This document shows, one piece after another, positions 21,801-30,600 of a DNA stretch of 64,000 nt. Numbering within the stretch: the stretch's first letter is position 1; every line of letters begins with the position of its first letter. The position numbers and the translations under genes were made by a program. Under the pieces are notes generated by a model. That model did no database searches. It worked only from the letters and a program-made list of their open reading frames with translations, and had not been told where the DNA came from. Source of the stretch: Clostridia bacterium (GTDB taxonomy: Bacteria > Bacillota > Clostridia > Christensenellales > UBA1242); assembly GCA_016283155.1 (NCBI GenBank), contig JAEEMI010000025.1, forward strand, positions 802 through 64,801. The letters are read 5' to 3'.

Positions 21801-24800
21801 TACCCATTACAGTGTTAGTGTTAGGATTATTATTAACATTACCGGCATTAATTAATTGTAACGACTCACCGGTATAAATTACTGCATCACCAGTTTTTGC
21901 GGTCGGTCTTGTATATGTTGGAGTACCTTTAATCACAGAAAAAGTAAGAAATGATTCTGAAGAATCTTCATAGTATTCATTTCCAAAGACTTGATAAATA
22001 ACTCGATAATTACCAACATCCCTTATGTTAAAATACTGCCAACCACCTGAAATCCAACCAGTTTCAGTGTGGTTTGCCGTTCCACCTTCCCGACGGAACA
22101 CGGTGATTTGTTCATTAGTATCGTTATTATACAATTTAAACTTAATAGTTCCATTGATACCGGCACCAATATTGGTTAACACCGCCTTATATTTACCATC
22201 ATACGTTAAATCCTTAGCCGCAGGTTTATTAGCATTGTTTAACGTCGCTTGACCATTGGCAATCACAATATCAAATTTAAAGTCAGATGAAATATTATCC
22301 GTATATCCATTATTACCGTGGACCATATATTCAAATTTATATGTACCCGGTAAAGTTGCTACGATATCATCAGGATTTGATGTCCAACCGTCAGCATTAG
22401 TTCCCGTTAAATATGTTGAGTCGCCTGATTTTTTCAAACGGTAATATAATGTACCATTGGCATCTTCAGTCTCGCCATTATCATTCAATAATTTCTTTTC
22501 TTCTGCGTTGTAGATTAATCCGGCCTTAGCAGTTGGTGCTCTTTTTAATTTTGCTGTACTGTCAGAAATTGAGACGTAAATTTCTCCACTACCACCATCT
22601 TTAAAATTATTATTTTTCTTGATTAATTTGTACTCAATTTTATATTCGCCAACATCTTTATGCGTAAGATACTCCGACTTGACCGTCCAACCAGCATCTC
22701 CTGAAAGTGTTACAACATTACTTGATGCAATTGTTTGACCACTTAGATTCGTCAAACTACTGGTAATCACTTCCCAGCTACCGCTACTATTTTTCTTGGA
22801 AACACGGTAATACAAGGTACCAGAATCTGTACCATTAACCGGATGCACAGTACCAACTTTTAACAATAAATTTTGATAACTGTTGTTGTATAACAAACCA
22901 CTTTGACCAGTTACAGGTACATCTAAATACGCCGTAAATGGCTGAATCACAAATGATAACGTATATTCCGGACTACTTTCGTTATTAGTTGTGTCACTAT
23001 TGCTCGGCACCGCCTTATATTTTACTGTATAAGTACCAGCACTTGTTGGCGTTAAATCAGTGGCTTTATATGACTCTACTGGTGCGCCACTATTAACAAT
23101 ATATTGTATTTTACCACCCGTACTGGCAGTAGCACCACTTGCCAATAATTGCTTACTCGTACCGCTATAAGTTAAATCAATTGGATTGGCGGTCGGATGC
23201 TGAGTAACAGTTAATTTACGTATTGTAACACTTACTTTAATTTCATAAACCGCACTGTTGGCATAATTACTGTTAGTACTTTCAAACCAATATTCAATTG
23301 TATAATCACCCTTGTTTGTTTTGGTCAGTCCACTAAGATTACTTGTAGCAGCACTGTCAGCTTGTCCTTGAAATTTATATTTCACCGTACCACGTGCCGT
23401 ACCAGAGCCCCCAAACAAGATGTCCGTACTATTAATTCCGGTTACGGTTGGGGCAGCAGATAATAATTGTCGACCCTGACCATTATAAACCAAATTATTT
23501 TGTGTATTTGGTTTTGGTTGTGAAACCGAAACCGACGCCTTTTCAATTGAGACTTCTATAGGATTGAAAGAAATATTGCCATAACCGACATCACCAATAA
23601 TTGAGTAATAAATTTTATAATTACCGGCATCAACTGCGTGTAAACAATTTGGATCATTTGTCCACTTACCATTACCATCAATACCACCACTATCATTAAA
23701 ACGCTTTGCTGTTTCTAAGGTTGCATCAGTCGGATTTGAAACATTGTTTCCATTAGAGTTATTTGGAATAATTACTGTTGTTCCATCTGCTTTGGTTAAT
23801 TTATAAATTAAATACCCGTGACGAGACGCACCACCACCTTGTTCCGTAAAAAGTGTCTGATAAGTACCATTATAGACGAGATCATTTCGTGTATATAAAG
23901 GCTTTAAAAGTTGTGGACTACTCTGTCCCAATTGAACATTAGGGAGCACTTTTACAGGTGCGCTATCTTTATAATTATCATTTCCTTCAACATAACACCA
24001 AACATCATAAGAAACGCCATATTGACCAATTGTAATTGCTTTATAATTAGATGTCCAATTTGTATTTCCTGCAGAAACAGAAGTTCCTGCCGTAAAAATG
24101 GCATACCTAATTCTCGCACCCATACTCTCATTTGCATTATTTGTTTTTATTGTTCCGCCAGAAGATAAAACCTGAACTGCCTCACCGGTATATTCTAATG
24201 GATCAACTTTCTGTGGATATGTTGCAATTGCCGCTGTTCCTTTAGAAATGGACACAGAATAAAATTCAGTAGAAGGATATTCACCATCCTGATAGTTTAA
24301 TCTAATATCATCAGATGCATTATCTGCGATTGATCCTTTAACATAAATATAATATGTACCAACCGCACTTGCCTTAATATCATTCCAATCAGTACTTTCT
24401 GCAACTTGTGTTCCATCAGACTTTGTTAATTTATACGTTACAGTAACACCAGTAGTCGGAGTTGTAACTACTTTACCACTCTTTAATAGTACTATATTCT
24501 GACCTGTATAAGTCTTCGCATTACCAGTATGTTTTGCATCACTTGCAATTGACGCAGTTACAGCCAATTTACCAGCTGAAAACAATGCTGTATACGCTGG
24601 ATCGCTTTCAGCATAATTTTTACCCATACTATCATCAGCAACCGCGGTAACATAGAATTTCACGCGATAAGTATCCGCATCCTTGATATATATATCACCA
24701 TATGCCGTCGAACTTAAAACATCCGTCCAGCCACCGTTTCCATCGCTTTTTTGCAATACATAATGACGTACATAACTACTTTCCTGAACTTCTTCCGTTT

Positions 24801-27567
24801 CAGCAACTTTATTAACAGTACCATTACCAGCCAGAACATATATATTACTACCAGAATATGTTCCAATAGGGTTTTTCAAAGCGGGTGCATTTACTACTAA
24901 TTTAACCTGACTGATTTTCAAAGTACTAAGCGATGTTTCACTTACATCTTCATAAAGTTGTGTACCTGTTGCTCCGCTCGTACCACCATAACTGATACTA
25001 CCACTACCATCGCCAGTTAAACGTGCCCCCATAATACGGTACTTAACTTCGTACTCTCCGGCAGCATTTCGTTGAAGATTTGCATTAGAATATGTATCCG
25101 TCCATTGACCATTCGAAGTCTGATATTCAATTTTACCGGCAGGTATGTTATCCGTACCTGGAATTGTATTAGTAACACTACCCATACTAGCAAACATATT
25201 TTTAGAAGATGCATCATAAACCCAATCTGCTTGCTTAGTTGGTGCAGTATAAGACAAGCCTGCCTTTGTTACCGTAACGGTAAATTTATCACTTTCAAAG
25301 TAAGCATCCTCATAGTTACCCTTAGTATCTGTAATCATAAAACGCACAGTATAATCGCCAGGATACTTAGCAACTACATCACTAGCTTTCGTATATATAT
25401 AAGCACTATTATTAATACTATATTTAATCGCTATATTATTTTTGTCATAATTAGTTGTATTTACTTCCGGTGTATTACCAATTAAACACTTAGCGGTATT
25501 ATCAAATTTCCAACCACTTGCACTTGTTGGCTTGGTTTTGAACGTCGGCGTTGATTTGTTAATGGTAAAATACACAGTTGCATTGGCAGCATCTGTTACT
25601 ACAAGTGATTCACCACTTCCATAATTAGTTGTATTATTTGACACGGCCTGATATTTGATAATATATGTACCGACATCATATGCACCGACATCCCCATAAC
25701 TATTATAAGTTGCCTCAGGATCGTAGTTATTCTTGTCATTTTTTTTCAGAACCGTATATTTAACAGAGCCACCACCACTATCACTTATAGTCGCTCCATT
25801 CGACATAAATTTATGAAATGTTCCATCATAATTCCACGTAGCACCTTCAAATTCCCATCCGCCGCCTGGGGGGGTTGCACTGAGAGTGCCGGCAACAATT
25901 TTGATTTGTTGAGGCGTGGATTCGTAATCTTCATACCCCGTGGTTCCTGTTACTTTATATTTTACCCAATATGAACCGACTTCCTTTCCCTTCACATCGG
26001 TACTGCTTGTATATTCAACCCAAGTTGCTTTATTGTCTTTACTTAAACAATAAACAATACTTTCAGCACCAGTGCCTTTCGTCGCTTCCTTTGTAATCAA
26101 ATGTTGATCTGCACCTGTATATGATAACGTACCGGCATAGGTCGGAGCAGTTATTGCTGCGGTACCATTAGAAACAACATTCAATTCGACAATTGGTGCG
26201 GTTGTAATTGTATAGTTGTCGTCGTTTGCAGCTTCGCACGGATCGGTATATTTCATACCATATGTCGGTCCAATATCATCAGTATAACCGGAAGCGTAGA
26301 TTACATATTTACTTTCCACTTCAGTAGTACCGATGCTACTACGTTTTGGAACATCTGTAGTCCAATCACTCCAAGTAGTTTCCCCTTTATTACGAGTATG
26401 GAACACCCACGCAACGCGTATACCTAGCTCATCTTCGGAAAATCTATTATAACTAAAAAAATCATCTTCTTGCAATACACGAAATGGAGTCCAACGATCA
26501 TTTGATTGTACATCGAGTTCAGCAGTTTCTCTATATGGAACACTGCTACCCAAAGGATAAGCATCAGTACTAGGATCGATACGATAAAAACCCGCATAAC
26601 TACCACCACTTCCAAAGTACCTTCGATAAACTCTTGAATCACTAGTATTTATTGGATAGCAATTCGGCGTGCATGAACCACCACCACCCCAACCGCATTC
26701 AAAAAAAACACTGGGATAACCACCACCACCAGCATAATATCCTCCTCCTCCTCCACATCCAGTTACTTGTACATTACCACTCGGACCAGATAACGTACGT
26801 GTTACTCCATCTTTTTCTGCGTTACAACGATATGAAACCCCATTAGTACTTTGATTCGCAGGAGTGCCACCATATCTACCGTTAAAACTTTGTCCCGTAA
26901 GAGCTACGATATCAGACACGCACGCCTGCCAAGGAGAAATATTTGGAGAAGACAAACTATATCCTTTAAATGTAGCATCAGTCATCTTTTGGATAGAATT
27001 ACGATAACTTGCGTAATTATCAACTCCACCATAATCGCAAGCGCCACATCCTCCTCCAGCGCCAGCAATAGCTTTGGTGGTTGAATATTGTGAATTATAA
27101 CTACTTCCTGCAGCAGACAAGGCAAAGTTACTTCCAGAAACTGCCATAGCATCACCGCCATTACAACTACCTTGTCCACCTGTCAAATTACCACCCGTGG
27201 TATATGTTGTTATTGTACCATAATTCGCACTATTTGGTACCTTATAAAAAGCGACGCATGTTGCTCCAATTCCAGGAGACCATGCTCCCGAACCCACATA
27301 TTGGCCACCAGAATATTGCGAGGTTTTTCCAATACCCATTTCTCCACGGAATAACAACATGTAAACCCCTTTATCAACTTGGTACGTTTTGTTTTCACCC
27401 ATATAGTGATTTGTTTCACCAGTTAAATCAACTGCACCATTTATGATTACATCTCTTGATGAAATATCAAACCGTTTTAAGACATCATAGGCAACAGTGA
27501 AAAGCGCGACAGCGGAAAAAACCACCGCAAGAATTACAATCAACGCTCTTCTTCTTTTGTTCCCCAT
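12874..27567 (-). CDS. Giant (4,897 aa) repeat-containing surface protein, putative adhesin; paralog 1
   Basis: Uninterrupted ORF; basic+hydrophobic N-terminus; Gly-rich domain; dozens of ~100-aa degenerate repeats (P....L.YnG..q.L....G.i.Y....W......aGtY.v.y.....NY......I.K); InlB-B/Flg_new-like unit near the C-terminus; C-terminal TM helix plus basic tail. Confidence 0.85.
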   Translation of the reverse strand: MGNKRRRALIVILAVVFSAVALFTVAYDVLKRFDISSRDVIINGAVDLTGETNHYMGENKTYQVDKGVYMLLFRGEMGIGKTSQYSGGQYVGSGAWSPGIGATCVAFYKVPNSANYGTITTYTTGGNLTGGQGSCNGGDAMAVSGSNFALSAAGSSYNSQYSTTKAIAGAGGGCGACDYGGVDNYASYRNSIQKMTDATFKGYSLSSPNISPWQACVSDIVALTGQSFNGRYGGTPANQSTNGVSYRCNAEKDGVTRTLSGPSGNVQVTGCGGGGGYYAGGGGYPSVFFECGWGGGGSCTPNCYPINTSDSRVYRRYFGSGGSYAGFYRIDPSTDAYPLGSSVPYRETAELDVQSNDRWTPFRVLQEDDFFSYNRFSEDELGIRVAWVFHTRNKGETTWSDWTTDVPKRSSIGTTEVESKYVIYASGYTDDIGPTYGMKYTDPCEAANDDNYTITTAPIVELNVVSNGTAAITAPTYAGTLSYTGADQHLITKEATKGTGAESIVYCLSKDNKATWVEYTSSTDVKGKEVGSYWVKYKVTGTTGYEDYESTPQQIKIVAGTLSATPPGGGWEFEGATWNYDGTFHKFMSNGATISDSGGGSVKYTVLKKNDKNNYDPEATYNSYGDVGAYDVGTYIIKYQAVSNNTTNYGSGESLVVTDAANATVYFTINKSTPTFKTKPTSASGWKFDNTAKCLIGNTPEVNTTNYDKNNIAIKYSINNSAYIYTKASDVVAKYPGDYTVRFMITDTKGNYEDAYFESDKFTVTVTKAGLSYTAPTKQADWVYDASSKNMFASMGSVTNTIPGTDNIPAGKIEYQTSNGQWTDTYSNANLQRNAAGEYEVKYRIMGARLTGDGSGSISYGGTSGATGTQLYEDVSETSLSTLKISQVKLVVNAPALKNPIGTYSGSNIYVLAGNGTVNKVAETEEVQESSYVRHYVLQKSDGNGGWTDVLSSTAYGDIYIKDADTYRVKFYVTAVADDSMGKNYAESDPAYTALFSAGKLAVTASIASDAKHTGNAKTYTGQNIVLLKSGKVVTTPTTGVTVTYKLTKSDGTQVAESTDWNDIKASAVGTYYIYVKGSIADNASDDIRLNYQDGEYPSTEFYSVSISKGTAAIATYPQKVDPLEYTGEAVQVLSSGGTIKTNNANESMGARIRYAIFTAGTSVSAGNTNWTSNYKAITIGQYGVSYDVWCYVEGNDNYKDSAPVKVLPNVQLGQSSPQLLKPLYTRNDLVYNGTYQTLFTEQGGGASRHGYLIYKLTKADGTTVIIPNNSNGNNVSNPTDATLETAKRFNDSGGIDGNGKWTNDPNCLHAVDAGNYKIYYSIIGDVGYGNISFNPIEVSIEKASVSVSQPKPNTQNNLVYNGQGRQLLSAAPTVTGINSTDILFGGSGTARGTVKYKFQGQADSAATSNLSGLTKTNKGDYTIEYWFESTNSNYANSAVYEIKVSVTIRKLTVTQHPTANPIDLTYSGTSKQLLASGATASTGGKIQYIVNSGAPVESYKATDLTPTSAGTYTVKYKAVPSNSDTTNNESSPEYTLSFVIQPFTAYLDVPVTGQSGLLYNNSYQNLLLKVGTVHPVNGTDSGTLYYRVSKKNSSGSWEVITSSLTNLSGQTIASSNVVTLSGDAGWTVKSEYLTHKDVGEYKIEYKLIKKNNNFKDGGSGEIYVSISDSTAKLKRAPTAKAGLIYNAEEKKLLNDNGETEDANGTLYYRLKKSGDSTYLTGTNADGWTSNPDDIVATLPGTYKFEYMVHGNNGYTDNISSDFKFDIVIANGQATLNNANKPAAKDLTYDGKYKAVLTNIGAGINGTIKFKLYNNDTNEQITVFRREGGTANHTETGWISGGWQYFNIRDVGNYRVIYQVFGNEYYEDSSESFLTFSVIKGTPTYTRPTAKTGDAVIYTGESLQLINAGNVNNNPNTNTVMGTLWYRFVGGNWTNDATTIVATNIGTYTIEYKVVGAAGYNDLDPAGYFTASITTATAKILDNGEPTGEPNLVYDGTYQTLIKKGGQSYGGTILYRVKDAFSSSYLDPCSANGTPLTNPTTVDADHPNVRFNDNGVADNNGKWTSDPNAIRGLNGGHSYVIEYYVLGGVDAAGNKSFADTERYTLQSPVSISLQVIPAESYTAPRAKTGLKYTGALLTLFDLGSVNAQYGVLKYRLNSGEWKEVTTMPDALKAKAVDSYTISWYIDGTDDCYSSTEVASFVVTIGKADGTLAIGSLAAKTGLVYTGSPMQLFTGKGQTNGGVETATIYYYVSTSNNWNGNDENGVEAVGNTDISTLTGKNAYYSNGTTQCGYYLYYRSEATTSFAAKGWTKAGNILAKIAKATYDVTVKENVSPTYDGVAHQIFAGTPIIASDSTALPEWITVTYKLSYVGFNGTTKTTENTDYTKVNLALDAGTYTLTATWAPNKNSAQINSKTSAKTLISAFIIAKSSSTTGIEVTGLEFTGDTQSITINGTSGEASPFNKTQSISLKINGETEFNGISSNNDGNYNQLSYCFVYENGTKTYTDTNTAASLNNAIKALTVNKSGKWHLWFKVKQHNSLTDAVEFKVATINVAGYTVTNSELIGITMTSSLVYDGNEHAVATGTLSLTSNIALGTISYAVNTDGSTAPTVTNEWKSSVAALSKQTNVGTYYLWVKWEASANIAASAGRVYGSFTISQLKNFSTTYFSGIDFNSPKSAATVASGYKTHKFTFSNANQKVINATAAPTVSVTNGSSTTNLAADFAASNSFKICICKSSSAMSGTQYTMADYANLVVKTAGTYYLWIIWNGNDNVAAGSKVYQINADEKVRFTVSKLTLGVNSSSVVLSNTPAASINANKQYEFKYTFNETQKKYVGVEQSLFKTNAVPTVKVKNASYSSIESHQYLLTTASTVNDSTTGWVTSIEAAKQTNVATYDLWLKLVINDDNVSATNYIKLDTAKIIATTSFALIAPVANTGLITDNTNEQVLISASAQVAPLVEYKLVKDGESTPKVNWTTDASQIKARDAGNYKVYYRGAAYNDENSVCVFNTQTMNDSAYPFVSVVISPTNATITSDRMPVADNNVYYTGSPIYMSDYLAKDNNDIVKQGSARVTLVSGGVAELPLLYRWDGTDPDVYYEYNDAHLTKTNVGVYTLFFKPDLSDVGDNIVEDTSTVMCITVEIKKVEILINAPATGEKSFVYQSADYNVFTGNGSFKLLQHGSDTTVLTLGGAPITNSSSVCGNMGSIEYAVSTDPNKEPSDWKSDYHDVKIRQIGTYYPWIKVNAGDNHNAKIQCFANCKITITRAGKNSVRLNNSTYTAQKDNQGNYYHYNGFEQNLVSSVNLVVEIQKRNGEGTGVSNTYNQRNEDDYIGTIYYALTNSATEEPDENTDWHTNYLTLAKTQKGDYYLWIKFVSDDDSNFETFTVCLSGERIAIEQATASDLSVTGISKLTKMYNGDYQTLAVGDLTVAIKNNRYNLSNEINWNEVKYRLTKEGENPNEWNTFAETKAKSVGIYKLEVKLVVSSNNIVADGLIYELFNNAEITLADEQNIVIEMPTFYDRTYNGTAQTLIKTSAIIKLRTNNTTLDLELPKGTASYYISLLAPDMIDINAVADEDWNTNKDQLKQTYADTYYVWVKFAEGRSHTKVNPRYVGSVTIAQAGINGINLSGLTFTANDYNGSAYTLIEKNGGEFKKLIQHFKNTNGTNGAQLVVGTDYTKIQYGYSNDATVAPLTWIDEDDLANLKAINANDYYIWVKVEGTGNVADYIKCYSSTEFAIISKATLLKNDNRNDFSGIVLHEGLSYIAQNQVLADLRTPNSEGKLTIKINNGVEDVNISSLNENIVVLWGLGTGATRNDRPTNWTNDLSDINVQGMNAGDYYLWLNVSGSDNINEYFGYYGKITIAKAELAYTVNPGYYGDNVQARRIYTGAAQDLLYSAPVVKFHPTGYYYSETYFNSINKQWTGEYYDAIGTTIQYRYGFGEWNSEWGILDFVGTITGMDATGYNVYYSVLPDENWDWEQYIEQINVYIDPRDASDSNYGLQRKPAAKLNLIYNEKEQDLISYGQLFTFENGNGTALEGVEIAFWYVDANGDALTGKYFYYYDTRLGKYTWKGGESEKLPGRINAGIYYIQYEVRVDTQSENYSGNYHTSTAQYTIDNTLTIEIAKRKIWWEETPKSRYGLRYDGIGYEAVALVSGRLNVENGLGVCVYYTTEIPGTLGRYWDEDIPIVDAVGLWDVYYYVFVDDNNVFTGPQNNDPSMGTRLEVLVEKHVLSIRTAPSAMYNLMYKAEPLNLINTPTTSVDFYDGFNEENIPYFEYCIAGQENWVRDNIQAKDRGEYTIYYRLCYNSKIFDFAGNIPETGSFTVTIGAISLHSGAVRAVYNQQTNRVSVEISDEYSDDLKTEFTEHSRFEYRMFDNYNRNEVWRTWNNQILTLGTYQFRVIVQDSENLDPNFYPYTQDGAYDEVQITEDRSVYIIMPENSYSALPYVRAWIDFTGTMLYDDTPEQFRHEGWVNNSGDGLFCVFDDVNSTGLNGGAVLRIQTINTNNSRYYRSVDAYYVNLENRKNIEVDWLEEENYVYYYRGLAEHEMTVWLYEVYHIQYSGNGATLPANVSAPSDYWKWHGVDYLLEENVYQKMSDNNEPLVANGWNSNNGDNYPSGAYYRENSSKTFYANFFTTKDVKFIVDWVITDGMTIYRMARDKGQWFNAANYENRETGAFVAQNALITLPQVIEDEHHNQFWSTLFGNYYIKGWYAAKVDWTLDDGINGEQWKDREYDLNMTATRDVIFVAILASQTDKGIQCVFQDDKGNTINNSGMVAVGAKAYMALSGMDTATINSYREGYNEWVQEYGNKTLTMTPTGMMTYGLGAKTVEEKPTEKEDKIGKVNTWTEYMTMFVILGAGVIATFASLAVYITMRRRIKPINLSMFKEERVHKKSRIVK

Positions 27568-27617
27568 TTACTTATATTATTTAACCACGTTATCAAAAAA
27601 ATGTAAAACGATTAATG
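27543..27617. repeat. 75-bp exact direct repeat, copy 1 (50 bp upstream plus first 25 coding nt of giant gene 1)
   Basis: Identical to 42437-42511 by direct comparison. Confidence 0.95.
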
Positions 27618-27620
27618 TTA

Positions 27621-30600
27621 TTATTTAATTGTATAAAGTTTTTTGCGCATTGGTAGGTACACCACTAACGAAGCCACAGTCATTAACAAACCAACACCGA
27701 GGATGACAAACATTGTTACATATTCTTGGAAGGAATCTTTGGTTGTTTCTGGGTTTTCGGTTGGTTTTTCCGGAGTTGAATTTGTTTGTAAAGTGAAGGT
27801 AATGGCATCATCTGGCGTAGCGTTCAAGGCTGATTGACCGTAGGTTTGCATCCATTCTTGGTAACCGTCTTGGTAGGTAGTATAAGTAGCGGTATCCATA
27901 CCCGACAAAGCCAGGTACGATTTAGCGCCGTTTGCGACGATGCCGGATGCACTGATTTGTTTGCCTTGTTGATCTTGGAAAACACATTGGACATCGTCGG
28001 TAGTTTCTTCCAAGTCAGCAACGAAAGTCATATTAGAGGTGGCTTTCATATTGAAATAATATTCAATATTTTTCCAGTGAGGATCATTAATGCCATCATC
28101 GATAGTCCAATCGCCGTCAGTAGTAAACCAACCTTTAATACGGTAATTGTTAAATAACGTGCCAGTCCAGAATTGATTATGGTCTTCGTCTTCAACAATT
28201 TGCGGTAACAAGATTGGCGCGTCTTTTTCGACGTAGACGCCGGTCTCACGACTGCGGTCGTTGTTGACATTAAACCATTTACCGGTTTTCAGAGCAATAC
28301 TGTAAACATCCGTATCGTTCATAATAATCCAATTAATTTTATACTTAACAACATCGGATTTAAAGAAATCAGCATAGAAAATTTGCGACGAATTACCACG
28401 GTAGTATGAACCACTGGGATAGTTATTGCCGTTGCCAGCACGTGCTGTATTCCAGCCATTTGGCGTCAACAATTCGTGCGTATCTGTAGTTTCTTTACGA
28501 TAAATATTTTCTTCCAACAAATAGTCAATACCGTGCCATTTCCAACTTTCATCTGGCGCTACCGTTCCCGTCATTGGAACTGCACCATTACCGCTGTATT
28601 GAATATGATAAACTTCATACAAGTAAACACGTAAATCTGCAGTCGGTAAACCTTTATAATAGGTATCTTTTTCTTCGTTCCATTTGACCAAAGTTTTGCG
28701 GCGTGTTTCTTGATTCAATTCGTCAGCTGTACGGAAATAGTACGCATTATTCAATGTTTGGACACGCAACACTGCTTTGCCTTTAACGCCTGTCGTACTT
28801 AAATCTTTGAAAGTACAGAATAATTTATCGCCGTTAGTATTTGCCCAACCTTCGTAACGATATTGAGTTGGCGCTTCCTCATAAGTCATTGTACCAGTAA
28901 AATCAATCCAAGCACGAACGTATGCCAATGTACTATAGGTATTATTTGGCATAACAATGAACACTTTACGATCTTCTTTGATTTCCACAATTTGGTAAGA
29001 TTCAGTTTGTGTATATGGATTAAAGTTCGGGGTCGGATTAATTTTATCTTCAACAATAATTCTGAATTGATAGGTTCCCATCGGTAATTGTTGACCATCT
29101 TGTTGCCAATCTTCCCAAGTACGATTGAGATTGTATTCATCATAAATACGATATTGGAATTTCGCGTACTGGCTAAATTCATTCTGTAATGCCGTAGAAT
29201 AGCTATCTGCAGCCATTGAGACTGTTTTTGTATTAAGATCATAAGCTGCGGTTACCAAACCTTGCACAATGTACTTAGTGTAAATGACTGCATTAATTTC
29301 ACCTGACATAGGAATTTTACCTGAGAAATCAAAAATGTCATCATTATAATGTAAACGATAGTAAATTAAATAATTTCCACAATCTTTCGCCATAATATTG
29401 TAATCATTCCAAACGTTACAATCAAAGCTGTATTCAAAATATGGCATATCTTCTGGATCGAATACCGAAGCATAATCTGTTGATAATGAATAATAGTAGA
29501 TTAGATTTTGATATTCTGCTGTATATTCCATATAAGTTGATTCAGGTGCGGTACGAATTGATAAAATATGACGTTCAACCAATACTTGTAAAAGTTCGCC
29601 GACTGCTGGATCATTATTCTCTGGACCAATAAAAACATTATTGTGTTTGTTATCGGCATCAAAATCTACGTAGTAATAAATATCCCAAACGCCCGTTTTA
29701 TCAACCTGTGGTAATTCAATACTCCATTCACGATTTTCTGTATACGGTTTTTGTTTTGAATAATAAACTTTAACACTATTATCGTTAATTTCGTGGTTAA
29801 AGTAACCAGCTTCAACAGCAACTTGCATATGGTTATTATATTTCAAACCATAAATTGGTCTTGGGTTGACGTGCCATTTAATTTGACGCTGAGCAATATT
29901 AATTTCCAAACCATAAATTGCTGAATCATAATAATTATGATTATTAGTACCCGCAATAATTTGATATTGGATATAATATGTACCGTGATCCGTACGACCT
30001 GGTAATTTGCCGTTTTCCCAAACATAGTTGCTAGAAGTTTTGTTATAGTAATAATAATATTTATTATTTGGTTGATCAGTATACCAGAATGCAATCTTAG
30101 CACCTTCGTTTGCTGTACCACGATCATTGTCCATTATCGCCAAATGACCATAGGTAATTAATTCGTGTTCATTTTCATCATAGACAATACCAGTTACTGG
30201 ATTAGGATTATTGATCAAACCAAAATTGTAATCGCTAGCATCAATTGGCGCGATGTACACATCAACATATTCGGATTTTTGATTCCAGTTATTACCAGCA
30301 ATAACGTTATATGAAACACGATAACGGGTTCCAATATAAGTATTACTAACTTGATTAAGTATTCCAGCATCAATACCTTTTACATTTATATAATTATTAA
30401 TTGAATTACCATTATTAACCTGATATTGATATTGAACCTCACTGGCCAAATAATATGGTTTTCCACTAACAACTTCATCTGGATCAGTATAATACGTAGT
30501 TGTCGTTGGTGCAAAATACGCTACTGGTTCTCTTACCAATAATGATTGTTCAGCACAGTTATAAGTTAGTTGTGGATTAATACCATCACCGTAATATTGT

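Noticed and set aside
27780-28320. Higher GC in the 3' end of giant gene 2
   Set aside because: A 120-nt sample gave 48% versus 40% in the paralog, too small to call recombination without a full scan
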